Positions 12,278 through 24,256 of a stretch of 64,000 nt of DNA are shown piece after piece. The notes below the pieces were generated by a model. That model was not told where the DNA came from. It did no database searches and worked only from the letters and a program-made list of their open reading frames with translations. Made by a program: the position numbers and the translations under genes. The number at the start of each line of letters is the position of its first letter. Positions within the stretch are counted from its first letter, which is position 1. Source of the stretch: Polymyxa betae A26-41 (taxonomy: Eukaryota > Protista > Endomyxa: Phytomyxea); NCBI GenBank assembly GCA_003693705.1, contig RBZT01000633.1, forward strand, positions 124,001 to 188,000, given 5' to 3'.

Positions 12278-13041
12278 TTGGATTTCGATCAACTTGGGGT
12301 CTTCGCTGTTAACACAAAGATTTGCAGGAAACAACACGTAGATTTCGCGAGAAGAACCAACAGCCTTCATCTTGTGATCTTTGAGCGAATTCGGATTGAG
12401 AGATACGACTTAGCTATCGGTATGGGTTACAATCGCCATGCGCGATTCAGACTGTTATGAAATGTGCGACAGCAGATTTACAACTGATACAGAGTCTGAA
12501 CGACCATCTTCACTTTTTGCAAGATCTTATTGAATCGTTGATCTATCTTCATTCGAAACGTATCGTTCACCGGGATATCAGCCGAGGCAATGTCATGTTC
12601 TCTGTCACAGACGGGCGATATAAGTTCATTGATTTCGAGTCAGCCAAGGTTCTGCCAAATAATCAGGATTTTCTTGCCGACGATGCTGCGATCGGGACCG
12701 AATCATATCTGGATCCGTTTGTCAAGGAAACTCACCAGTATTCCTTCTTTAGTGATTGGTACAGCCTTGGTTCGGTATGCTTCGAGCGTATCGTATGGGA
12801 TTCGAGTCCCGTTATGGATTCCTACCCATCAGACTCGCCTCTATGGCCTATCAATAATAGCCTCTGTGATATTCCGTCAGACATGATGGAATTCCGGGAG
12901 AAATCATCGATCCAATCTGACAAGCTTCTGAAGGACGTCGCATTAATCCGTGCAAAAATCCAAGCTCTCCGAAGTTGTGCATTCAGACGGCTGATCATCG
13001 TATCGAAGCTTTTAATTAGCATCTATCGGAGCATAAAATAA
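12278..13041 (+). pseudogene. Truncated or frameshifted protein kinase (C-lobe only)
   Basis: HRDISRGNVM, IDFE, GTESY, SDWYSLG present in 12457-13041. The frame is closed by TGA about 20 codons upstream; no Gly-loop or VAIK motif in frame. Confidence 0.6.
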
Positions 13042-14490
13042 ACATTGTCGTGTTGAGTTCAAACACTGATGGCATCGTAGTAGAATAGCTTTCATTGCAC
13101 AAACAATGCATCAAAGAGCTCTGTGACTCATATTTGAATCGCTCGGAGCAAAATGAAGCAATTCGGTCGGTGGCATATGCTTATGCCTATTCCGCTTTGG
13201 TTTTGCGATTTCGACAGTAAAGCAGGGAGATTAGGCCATTAGGGCCTCAATTTAAACCAGTGCACACTAGATTGTGTGATTTCAATCTATCGAATATCAG
13301 ACGATCGGATATTGGACGATCAAATTTTGGATATAGGCTGGTTTTTTTCAATGCTATTGCGTTCTGTTTGTTTATTTGATTGTCTCAGACCAAACAGCTT
13401 CAGGCATTTTCCAGATTTTTGCATGTCATCGTAGTTTTGTTCGAGGTATTGTATATTCCTATTGCTATTGCTGCTTGTGGCCGTATCGGGACAATTGTCG
13501 GCCTGGGCGTCAAATGTCGATCGCTGAATGACATCACGTCACGAGCCAAAAGGCTATCGTAGCCCAGCGGGATGCTTATTGCATTGCTTAAAAAATCATG
13601 AACCTTAGCCTGTAAGCTTTCGATATATTGTTTCTGCATCTCCCAGAATAAGTTGATTCCTTGCTGATTGTGTCGTATCATCTTTGTTTTGCATTGATTT
13701 GGAAGCTATTTCTCTCTCCAGGTAAATTTTCCACATTATGTTAAATGTCGTTTCGTGGTAAAATTTTGGCTTCTTATTAGGCTAATGCTGGCATCTCAGT
13801 TTAGGCACTTGTATTCTCATTAATTAATCGTCCTTTGGTCTATCTCGTGATAGTTTCAGCTCTTTTCTCTAGCTAATGCAGATGTCTGAGTCCTGGCATA
13901 TTTGAACCTTAGGTCTCGGGACTACAGTGATAACACGTACATTAATTACCAACCAATGGTGCTGTTGGATAGAAGTCGTCGGATTGGTTAATGGCATCTC
14001 TTTCACACCATGTCGCCGTCGATTTCCGAAATTCACGACTAACACCAAGTGTAACTAAAAACATTCGTTCACAAATAATCCACATCTCAACAAAGATTAA
14101 AATCCGAGAACAATGAAGATACCTAATGGTCATTTTACCTGCGATGTTCAATAAATTGTGTTTGCGAACAGGCCAGAACGATTTCAATATAAGACATCAA
14201 GCTCGACATTGGCTAGGGCGGCAGGGCGGCGGCAAGCTGAAGCGGCGATGAGCGGATGACTTCCTCGGCTGTGATGCGTCTTCCCGCGTCCCAGGCGCTA
14301 TAAACCGAATGGAATGTTGTCCTGATACTGGAGTACGATTCTGTGAAATAGGGGAAATGGAGTGAACAAGGCGCCGCTGCCCTAATTCGGTGACAGTCGA
14401 TGGGATTTGGACATCTGTAAAAAACTATCTGGCTGTGCTATCTGATATTGTTTGAAAGTGAGAGCCTGCCTTAAGAGAACGTTTTCGAAA

Positions 14491-15311
14491 TCAAAAAGGA
14501 AGATCTGATAGTTTAACAAAACTCTTCCAATTTGATTTACAGATCCAATAAACGGCAGCAAATGGTCCATAAATAACTCCAATGTAGACCGGTGTGTTTA
14601 CAACAGAAGATGGGATTCCCAGAGCATCAGTGAATACGACGATTGTTAAGAATACGGCCGCGACGATAACCATAAGAACAGGGAATAATAATAGTGTCTT
14701 CATTAGAGCGAGAATATAATGCGGGAGCAGATCCATCGGTTGGATAGTTCGAGATTGTTGTCGAATATCATACAAACATACAACGAAGAACACTGCTGCG
14801 ATTGTTGCTAAGCGAAACTGAACTAGCAGAGATAGATGGATGCCAGTTATAAACATAAACATAAACACAGATACAAATACTGCAGCTGATGTGGTCATAG
14901 CAGTTCTAGCAGAATATTTCTTAGAATTGACCATAGGCACCGATGACGAAAGAGCAATCAAAAATGCAAATACAACCAGCTCCATACTGATGCGTTGGAT
15001 TAGTTCAAATCAAAATGATTTTAAAGATCATACCTAGGAGAAACAAATGATTCGATGAGCCTAGCAGAAATGAAGGGGAAAGAGGCAATCAGCTCAATTG
15101 CCTGCAGGATTGGATATCGATGAGAAGCATAGAATGCGACCAGAGCCCAGAGCAGGTTGGGGACCAGAAACACGACCAGGTAGGTCGCCCATTGTCTTTG
15201 TGTCTGCAAGACATGGTCCCAGTTGTTGATGAATATGACAATGAAGAGAGCGTTAAAGAGCTGACATATGAATCCAATATCAGATAATCCATGTCCTAAT
15301 AATACATCCAT
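14491..15311 (-). CDS. Multi-pass membrane protein of unknown function, 2 exons
   Basis: Two hydrophobic ORFs joined by a short GT-AG intron at about 14988-15033. Confidence 0.65.
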
Positions 15312-15360
15312 TCACTTACGCTTGTGAAGGCCACTTGAAACGTTGATAAGCTGGCTGAAG

Positions 15361-15369
15361 AAAAAAAAA
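15361..15369 (-). terminator. Pol III oligo-T terminator of tRNA-Ser
   Basis: T9 run starting 4 nt after the tRNA 3' end on the minus strand. Confidence 0.85.
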
Positions 15370-15373
15370 GTTT

Positions 15374-15455
15374 CGATTCGGACGAGATTCGAACTCGCGC
15401 GCCCAGAAGGCAGCCACTTAGCAGGCGACCGTGTTAACCACTCCACCACCGAATC
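15374..15455 (-). tRNA. tRNA-Ser(GCU)
   Basis: Minus strand GATTCGG..GTCGC-CT-GCT-AA-GTGGC..long variable arm..GCGAG TTCGAAT CTCGT CCGAATC G; 82 nt, discriminator G. Confidence 0.95.
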
Positions 15456-15688
15456 GGCCTATATGTCAGGATTAGTGTTACGCATTATAGAAGTTGATGG
15501 AATGTAATGTTACACTTAGCTTGCTGCAACCTCCATTGTCAAGGCCATTTCTTATTTCATCACAATGATGCAAAACGTTTTAGCAGATAGTTATTATTGG
15601 TCTTTAGTCAATAGATGGCTGATGATCAACCTGAGACCAACGCTCCGGACATAACCATTGGGTGATGGTGGTTGTCAGGGTGTCGGGC

Positions 15689-17758
15689 ATGCTCTGGCCC
15701 GGCTCCCTTCGACTTTTACGTCGGACGATCACAACTGGTTCGTTATCTTCTCGGCTGGTTACGCTGCAGGATCGTTGGCAACAGTTTAAGCATATCCAGA
15801 CGGATCTGCTAGAGACCGGATTCACACATGAGGCGATGGCCATATCAGCAATCCCTGAGAAACATCGTTTATTGCATGGCAGCTACACAGCTCTTTTGAA
15901 ATCAGTCATCAAGAATGAAAAATCTTGCACTAAAGATGTCATCCTTGTGTTCGACAGCATTTGTGCTCGCTATCGCCCTTCGAAAAGCGATTTGATGTTA
16001 ATGATCGAGTGGTTTCGAAACAATCGTGACCCAGATAACGCTATTAAAGTCTGAACCATCGTGTTTGCTTTTTCTTGCCTGCCATTGAGTCTTTGTTAGA
16101 TCTTGCAGACGATGTTCCACTCTGGATGTCCACTAGAGCCAATCGCTTGCAATCAAGTCATCAATGTTGTAGCAACCGAGTCAGGATCACAAGCAGCCAG
16201 TAAATTGATTGATCGTCTAATCTCGATCGGTGTGGACCCTGTCAAATTCGGGATATATTCTCATGTGGTGGCAGGATAGGTTTCAAGCCTGATCATTATA
16301 CTTATGCGAGCATGATTAATGCATCTGCTATTGAGCGTAATGTCGTGCTAGCAGAACATTGGTAAAAGTTTTTACGACGTGCTGTTTGCTCGATTGCTAA
16401 CTCTATTCGAGGTTTCAGCAGTATCTGGAACATGACGAGGCGAAGGATAATGTTGTTGTGTATGGCGCTTTAATGAAGGCATACCTTCGAGCGGAGCTGC
16501 TTGAAAAGTGTACTGCACTGTTAGATGGATCTGTAAAACATGTTGTCCATTATTGTTTAGTACTGACATGCTTCTTTAGGCTTCAGTTCAACCAAATGTC
16601 TTTATGTACACAACAGCTATTGAAGCCTATCGCCGATCAAACCAGGCTGATCGGTGTATTGAGCTTTACGGATCCATGATAGATCGGGGGCTTTCTCCAA
16701 CTATAAGGACCTACAATCAGTTAATTGATGCTACTTCTTCTACTGGCGATATAGAATCTTCGATGAAGTTCTATGAAGACATGAAATGTAATGGTCGCTT
16801 GCTTTGCTCGAAGTTCTAGCCTGATCTGTTTTAGCCAGAGGCTTGTCTCCAGATATCATGACGTTCACAAGCATCTTGAAAGGGCACCTCATCGAGATAG
16901 AAACCGGCGCGAAATTAACATGTACGTCGCCAAGCCAGCATCGCAGCAAGTTATCGAGTGTTTCGCGGTCGCTTCTTTCAGAAGCAACGCTCAAATACGG
17001 CGTGGTTCCAGATTTAGCCATGTACACAACCTTGGTTATACTGTGCTGAGTAATGCTCTCCTCCCGGCTCTCAACCTTATAATCAGGTCAATATCTTCAC
17101 ATTAACAGGTCACCTGACAGATGCTTTGCTCTGTGTTGTGGATATGATGGTTACGGGCATAAAACCGGATTTGAAGCTGCTCGGTGCTATTCTCTCCTGT
17201 TTATCTCATCATGGATCTTACCATCAGTGTCGAAATCTCTATGGTACCATGCTTCGTTGTGGTATAGCTCCTAACCTATATTGCTACCAAGCGATTATAA
17301 GTAGTCTACGTATGTTCATTTGACATTGAAAGTTTTTATTTCAAGGAACTTCAGGGAATCATCAATCTCTTGCTGGAGACACTCTTTACTATTTGGAAGA
17401 AATTAGAGCGCGCGATGTCATTCCGGATGTTAAGCTCTACTGTACTATTATGCAGGTGCTAGGACGTGCTAATCAGGTCCGACTTTCTGCTAAAGTATTT
17501 ATCGAAGCCTCCAGATATCATAATGACTGTAAATTTTCATTTTCAATTTATGTTGTCTTAGGCTAACTGTAATGTACAGTTTCAACTCAAGATTGGTGCG
17601 CCATTATTATTGCAGCAATTCAGTTCCTGCCAAATCCAGGCTCAAAATCTCGTTTCTGGCAAAAAATTCATCCTGCGCTACCTTTTGAGAAGCATAGTTA
17701 TACTGACGATCTTAATAATATTACACAATCACTGAATACTAATGAAAATAAAAGGTGA
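15689..17758 (+). CDS. Pentatricopeptide-repeat protein, probably mitochondrial, multi-exon
   Basis: Repeated PD/PN..TY..LI motifs (PDHYTYASMI, PNVFMYTTAIEAY, PTIRTYNQLI, PDIMTFTSIL, PDVKLYCTIM); Arg-rich N-terminus. Confidence 0.88.
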
Positions 17759-18096
17759 AATACTTTTCATTAAGAGGTTAAAGAATTTATTCTCTTGGTA
17801 GATTAGAGGCTTGCACATGTGACGCGTTATGACACGAATTTATCACACATTTGGACGTGATTTAGTGTATCCTTCATTTGCAGTAATGCCTCACTATGAG
17901 ATCGTACAGGGCCGATCGCTACTAGGACTTTCGAAACTGGTGATGGCTTTATAAACACTAACTTGATGAAATCTACACGTTCCTGGTCGGCAATTCCGCC
18001 GCCTCTCATCAACCCGAACGGCACGACACTACAGAGGACGACCTCGGCTCCCTTACCGGTACCTGTGCTAAACCTTCTCGATAATGCAGTCTGATA

Positions 18097-20019
18097 ATGG
18101 AGAAGCAGTCAGATATAGTTCGAGAGCCTGTTGTCAAGCCATCAGATAATCCATGGCTGAAAGTAGAGAAATCGGTAGTTATGACCCCGACACAGCCTCA
18201 GCTAAACGTAGCATGGCCGAAAGAATCAAACCAGGTCGATCTCGAAGTAATTATTGCTCATAATTGATTTGCTGTTTGTTTCTGAAGAGATTTATCAGAC
18301 GGTCATTAACCTGGTCTCCGCTTTAAAAAAATGTGGAAGGGACCCTGCATCATTGCGAAAAGCCTTCACATTTACCCATGTGGCACGTTTGTTAAAACAA
18401 GCTGAAACCGGTAACGCCCTCGAGTTAACATTATTGATTGAGAGTTGACTCTCGTGAATCAGTTTTGCAATGCGAACCGAACATGTACAAAGCTATTATA
18501 TTTACAATCGCCTGTTCATTTCAATGTCAGATTGCCAGTAATTCCTTCATCCGAACGTGTTCGTTTAGCTGTTCTGGGCGATACACACGGTAATTCAGTG
18601 TCTGTTCATGTCGCTTCTGCCTGGACTGATTTGATCATCAGGCCAATTTTATGATGTACTTAAAGTGTTCGAACTGAATGGCTATCCATCTGATAATAAT
18701 TGGGTACAGTCTTGCATCTCCTAACTTCATTTGATTAAATTAAAAGTGTAGTATTGTACGTTAGCAAGCAAATCCAACCTTGATTTAGCCCACTCAGTTA
18801 TAATCTGATAGTATTCAATGGCGATTTCGTTGATCGTGGAAGCTGGGGAATCGAGTTGGCATTGACTCTGTTCGCTTTCAAAATCCTGGTTTGACCAAAC
18901 CTCTCTGGCACTGTTCTGTTGATTTGCTTATTGACTGTTTTAGTATCCGCAATCTGTATATTTAATTAGAGGCAATCATGAGACATTGTATTGTACTAAA
19001 ACCTATGGTATTCTTCCGCTAGCAAACAACGTTTTCCATGAACTGGTGTCATAAAGGATTTCTTGAAGAATGCAAACAAAAGTACTCGAAGGCAGTTTAT
19101 CAGAAGTTCCATTCTACATTCGCAAAGTTACCATTGGCTTCTGTTATTCTACCTTTGGGTTCTGATCCGGAACCATTACTTAAAGGTGTGGTGCTCTCCA
19201 TACTGCGGTTTGAGTTTCATACAATGTGCAAACAGCCGTCCAAAGAGAAGACTCGAAGATTGCATCAGGTTTGGGAATTCTCGTTATGCATGGAGGATTG
19301 TACAGGAATGTTGATGGGTCATTTGGAACCATACGTTTGTTACAAGGCGTAAAAAGGCTGGCCAAAGACCCTCAAAGTCAGTTTCCTTTGCGTCTTCAAA
19401 TCAAATGTTGCCAGTTTGTCTTTAGATGAAGTTGTGGTCGATACGCTTTGGTCCGATCCTCAACTGAAACCGGGTTTGGAAGAAAACGAACAAAGAGGCT
19501 GTGCTATGTAAGATTCACCCAAGTCAATATGCAAAACGAAGCTAACTCTCATCACAGCCTGTTTGGACCTGATATCACTGAATCTTTCCTCCATTTACAT
19601 GGTCTCTCATTGTTAATTCGGTCACATGAAGGTCCCGATGCTCGAGAAAAACGGCCCGAGATGCCAAATGGTGAGCTAGCAGGCGGTTTCTTTAGAACGA
19701 GTATTAAACGAATTTAGACATGATGTGTGGATATGCCATCGACCAGACTTATCGCGATTCTGGTCGCCCGCTTTGTATCTCGATATTCTCAGCTCCAGAT
19801 TATCCAATGGGTCCTAAATCTAGGAAAAACAAGGCAGCATTTATCAGATTTGCAAACCAGACTCTTAGGTAATGCTTTTCAAACTGTTTTTGATCCATGA
19901 CGTGATTCCCATCTTGCAGAACATTGGAACCTGAATTCATTCAGTTTGATGCCGGCGAAAGACCAGAAGTTCCGATTTACATTGAGGACTGTGGTGATCT
20001 AACAGATATGGAAGAATAA
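18097..20019 (+). CDS. PPP-family Ser/Thr phosphatase, PP7-like, many exons including a 4-nt microexon
   Basis: GDTHGQ, FNGDFVDRG, RGNHE, HGGL, LWSDP, RSHEGPDAREKR, FSAPDYP motifs. Confidence 0.9.
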
Positions 20020-20108
20020 AGCCGTATTTCGGCCACAAAAAGATTGCAATCGCCGATGAGGCGACCTGCGTCAACGCCCGTAATTCCTGTCATTTTGTAT
20101 AAAATATT

Positions 20109-20834
20109 ATGCCACGAACAGCAATTATCATTGTACTGTTAGCCGTCTCTGAGTTAACTAATGCCTATCACTTACACGGCTGGCATCATGATCTACCAGA
20201 TAAGAAGAAGAAGCAGCCTGTGAATCACGGCGGCCTTAGCCGATTACAAGCGATCAGTGCTGGTTTACCTCGAGCATATCCTGGAGATGTGATTCTACCT
20301 CCAGCTTATGATGGGCGTGCTGTGGTCTCTCAAGACCAGGTTCACTCTGAAAGAGGACGTCGCGGATTCACCCGCGAGGATCTATTCACGAACCAGCTTC
20401 TGGGGAACGAATATAATCATAGAGGATATGCTCGAGGAGGGACCGAGATCGATAAATCACAATCGGCAACGCTTGCAGGACCATTCAGCCAGGGCGGCAA
20501 AGCAGAATCATTTCGGGTGAAAGCAGATTCCGGCAGCCGGGTCTCTCAGGGCATTCACAGATCGGATGAAGCCGCCCGGGATTACGAAGCCGAGCTAAAC
20601 CGCGACTATTCCAACTCGCGAATATCACAGCTGACGGATCTGGGAATACTGGACCCAGCCCAAGCTGGGATCATGATGAACTGGAAAAATGATGGCATTG
20701 ATAGCGTGGCGGTGAAGTCCAATCAGAAATCATCTGTGAACCGTGGAAAAGGCAGAACCGTTGATGTTGTTAACGATCGCGAATATGGCGCTGGTAATGC
20801 AGAGACAGCGAAGATAGTCTCGGTCCCGTTGTAG
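20109..20834 (+). CDS. Intronless secreted protein, 241 aa, candidate effector or wall protein
   Basis: Signal peptide MPRTAIIIVLLAVSELTNA|Y, no TM segment, no Cys, KKKK cluster; AATAAA downstream. Confidence 0.7.
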   Translation: MPRTAIIIVLLAVSELTNAYHLHGWHHDLPDKKKKQPVNHGGLSRLQAISAGLPRAYPGDVILPPAYDGRAVVSQDQVHSERGRRGFTREDLFTNQLLGNEYNHRGYARGGTEIDKSQSATLAGPFSQGGKAESFRVKADSGSRVSQGIHRSDEAARDYEAELNRDYSNSRISQLTDLGILDPAQAGIMMNWKNDGIDSVAVKSNQKSSVNRGKGRTVDVVNDREYGAGNAETAKIVSVPL

Positions 20835-21005
20835 AAAAGTTTTACAGCTGTACAGACTTATGTACAATAAAAACGATTTTTTTTTAATGAACAAGAGAAC
20901 GGGATGTGGAACGATAGTTAGAACCCTGATTCGAAGTCGTCAGAATATGAGCAGATGAAGAACAATCCTTCTTGAGGGAATGTGGAGAAAATAGTCTTTA
21001 ACTGA

Positions 21006-21377
21006 TCATTTCCGGTCGTCTTTGTGTACATAATACGAATCCATATACGCTGGAACCGGCTGCGATTTACGTCGTAGTTTATCATGCTTTCCAGCTGGAA
21101 TCGTATTTGGCATGACGTTATACAGGCGTGGAGCAGCTATTCCATAATGCTGAGCCAATTCAAGCCTATCAAGGGCCTATTTTACCAGACCAAAAGTAGA
21201 CCTTAAATTATATTACCTGGTCGTGCCCTCGAAAAGTTTCGCGGCGATCAGATCAGGATCGTTTAACGATGCATTCTGACGGAACAAAGCCGATGCCTCG
21301 GATTGAACCGCTTTGCGTGTCTCTGGATCGAACTGTCGAGCCGCTCGTAGAATACGACGATAAAGCTGCAGTGCCAT
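21006..21377 (-). CDS. LYR-motif protein (LYRM1-like), 2 exons
   Basis: ALQLYRRILRAARQF..EASALFRQN..RLELAQHYGIAAPRLYN. Confidence 0.85.
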
Positions 21378-21634
21378 AACGATAAGGATTTGTGCCAACC
21401 GTATGTACAGTTCATAAAACAAGAATTCCAACGCAATTTATTCGATCTTTTTGAATTACAAAACGAGAAAGCATTTTGGAGTTTGAATTTGCGCGCACTT
21501 TTCAAAAAGGAAAGTTCTGAAGTTTCGTTTGGTGCGTTGTAAAGGTAGGTGAAAGCTCACTTGGCAAGTTGGAGGTTTAAATCAAGTCGTCCGCTCCTTT
21601 GTCTCTTTATTCCTTTCGTTGGTCGACTTCCACC

Positions 21635-23495
21635 ATGTCTGCGCCTTCGGCCTCGGCCAGATCGGTCGACAACCCGCTTGTCACCCGATATGCCAGTAAA
21701 GAGATGCAGCGAGTGTTCTCAGCTCAGAACAAATTTGGTATCTGGCGACGACGTACGTACACTCTTTCATTTTTGTTGTATTTTCGTTTCTGAAACTTGA
21801 TAATAGTTTGGCTGGCGCTGGCCGAGACGCAAAGGGAGCTAGGCTTACATCAAATCACTGAGACCGCTTTGACCGAAATGAGGGCCCATCTCGACGATAT
21901 CAACTTCTCCGAGGCAGAAACGTTTGAAAATTCTCTAAGACATGATGTTATGGCACATATCAAAGCGTAATGTCATCAAAGTATTCCCACAAACACTTAA
22001 TCTGAATTCAGTTGGGGTTTGCAATGCCCAAATGCAGTGAAAATCATCCATCTTGGGGCAACATCATGTTTCGTCACGGATAATGCCGATCTCATTCAAA
22101 TGCGCGAAGGAATGCGAATTATTCGTAGAAAGATACTGGGCTTGATTGCTGCCATGAGCGTGGAGGCCAAGAAGTATAACGATGTGCCAACTCTGGGCTA
22201 TACACATTTACAACCAGCGCAACTAACAACGTAATTGTATGTTTCGTTATGGTCATCATCGGAAAAATGATGGTCATTGCAGCATAGGAAAGCGGATCTG
22301 TCTTTGGATTCACGATCTGCTTTTTGACTTTCACGACATCGATCGGCAGATCAAAGAGCTGCCGTTTCGTGGCGTGAAGGGGACCACAGGAACTCAAGGG
22401 TCGTTTCTGTCGCTGTTTGAAAATGTCAGATAAGTGCGACTTATTTGACATTATTCATCAATTCAAAGGCAGGACCATGCCCAAGTTTTAGCTTTGGATC
22501 AAATCGTGACGAAAAAGGCCGGTTTCGATCGGTGTATTAGTGTCTCTGGGCAAACGTACACTCGTAAAATTGATTTTAGAGTTTGCAGCGTTTTGTCAGG
22601 TTGGAATTCTCGACTTTAACTGTAATATTTGCTGATACACTGCTCGATTTAATTCAGGGATTGCTCAATCGATCCATAAAATGTGCACTGATTTGCGTCT
22701 ACTTGCGAGTTTCCGTGAGATTGAAGAGCCGTTCGGCGTTGATCAGGCAAGGGCGTTTTAACTGCGGATGTATTCATTAGTAATCTTTTGAGTAGGTTGG
22801 GTCGTCAGCAATGGCATATAAAAGAAATCCAATGCGATGCGAACGTGCTTGCTCTATTGCTAGACATGTAAATTCTTTGTTATCAAATTCGATCAACACA
22901 ACTTGTACGCAATGGTATCTGGCGATTCTGAATATTTAGTTTTCAGTGTCTCACGTGTACATAAGGTTGGAAAGAACCCTTGACGATTCTGCCAACCGCC
23001 GAATCACCCTGTTTGAATCTTTTCTGGGTATCGATGCGATCTTAGACATTGCCAGGAACGTGTTCGGCGGACTGCAGGTAAGAAATGGGATTTAGGTTAG
23101 GTACTACCGCTGAACATGTTCAGGTGTGGCCAAAAGTGATTTCAAAACGCATAGCTGCTGAACTGCCTTTTATGGCCACTGAAGCTATTATGATGGCTTG
23201 TGTTAAAGCAGGCGGTAACCGCCAGCAAATTCACGAGGCAATTCGCGAACATTCATTGGCTTCGGCGAAAGCAATGAAACAAGAAGGTGCTGAGAACGAT
23301 CTCCTGGAGCGACTTTCTCTCGATCCGCTTTTCTCTCCAGTAGCTGGCTTACTTGGTCAGTTGACTGATTCAGCAGCTTTTATTGGACGTGCTCCTCAGC
23401 AAGTTGAGGAATTTCTCGAAGCGGATGTTCGTCCATTGTTGAAAGTTTACAGTGCAGAAATCGATCTGTTGACTCCTGTGGAATTGGCTGTTTAA
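21635..23495 (+). CDS. ADSL: Adenylosuccinate lyase, multi-exon
   Basis: [55 protein letters not shown] signature. Confidence 0.97.
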
Positions 23496-24026
23496 ATCAA
23501 TTGCCTGCTTGTTTAGTCAATTGTCATCATACTAAGTAAATAAGTTATTATAGTTGTCGTCTGCCTTGACATTCCCTTGATCAAATCACATGTTCTTTAC
23601 TTGAAAAAAGCATCATGCTCAAGGCCGATGACGATCTGTGCGCCTAGTTTATGTGATACAACCTGGTTTTACTGGATTAATCACTGAATAATGGTATGTA
23701 CTCGTTTGTTGCCAAACGCACTCCAGACCGTGATTTCATAGGTACTTGCAGAATTGATAAACACAAACCACCCGTTTTTGATAAGAACTATTATATGAGA
23801 CTATGGAATGAAGGAAATATCTAAAATTGAAAATCTATAATAATTCAGATGTGGGTTGATTATTACGAGCCCGAGTACCACGATGATGAATCTGAATCAG
23901 CCTACGAAATGGAACAATTCCTTGAGCATTAAGAAGAATACCCCGAACCTTTTAAAGATTGCAATGCCTTTTTTCCGAAGAGACAATTACGATTTACAAC
24001 TCCATTTTATATCCAGAAAACATAGG

Positions 24027-24084
24027 AATAAACAATTGTATCCCCTCCCTAATCAAATAAACAATTGTATCCCCTCCCTAATCA
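24027..24084. repeat. Perfect 29-bp tandem duplication
   Basis: aataaacaattgtatcccctccctaatca twice. Confidence 0.9.
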
Positions 24085-24256
24085 GAAACAACAATTCACC
24101 ACCAGTATTCAAACGAACCCTTATTCTTTTCTGTTTTTTTCATCTGGAAAAAAATATTTCCGGACAACTCTACCGTAGATGTATTTTACCATACTATAGG
24201 TATAGGAGTCATCCCCATATTCCACTTGTCACTTCTGTCTGTTGGCATTTTGTCAG

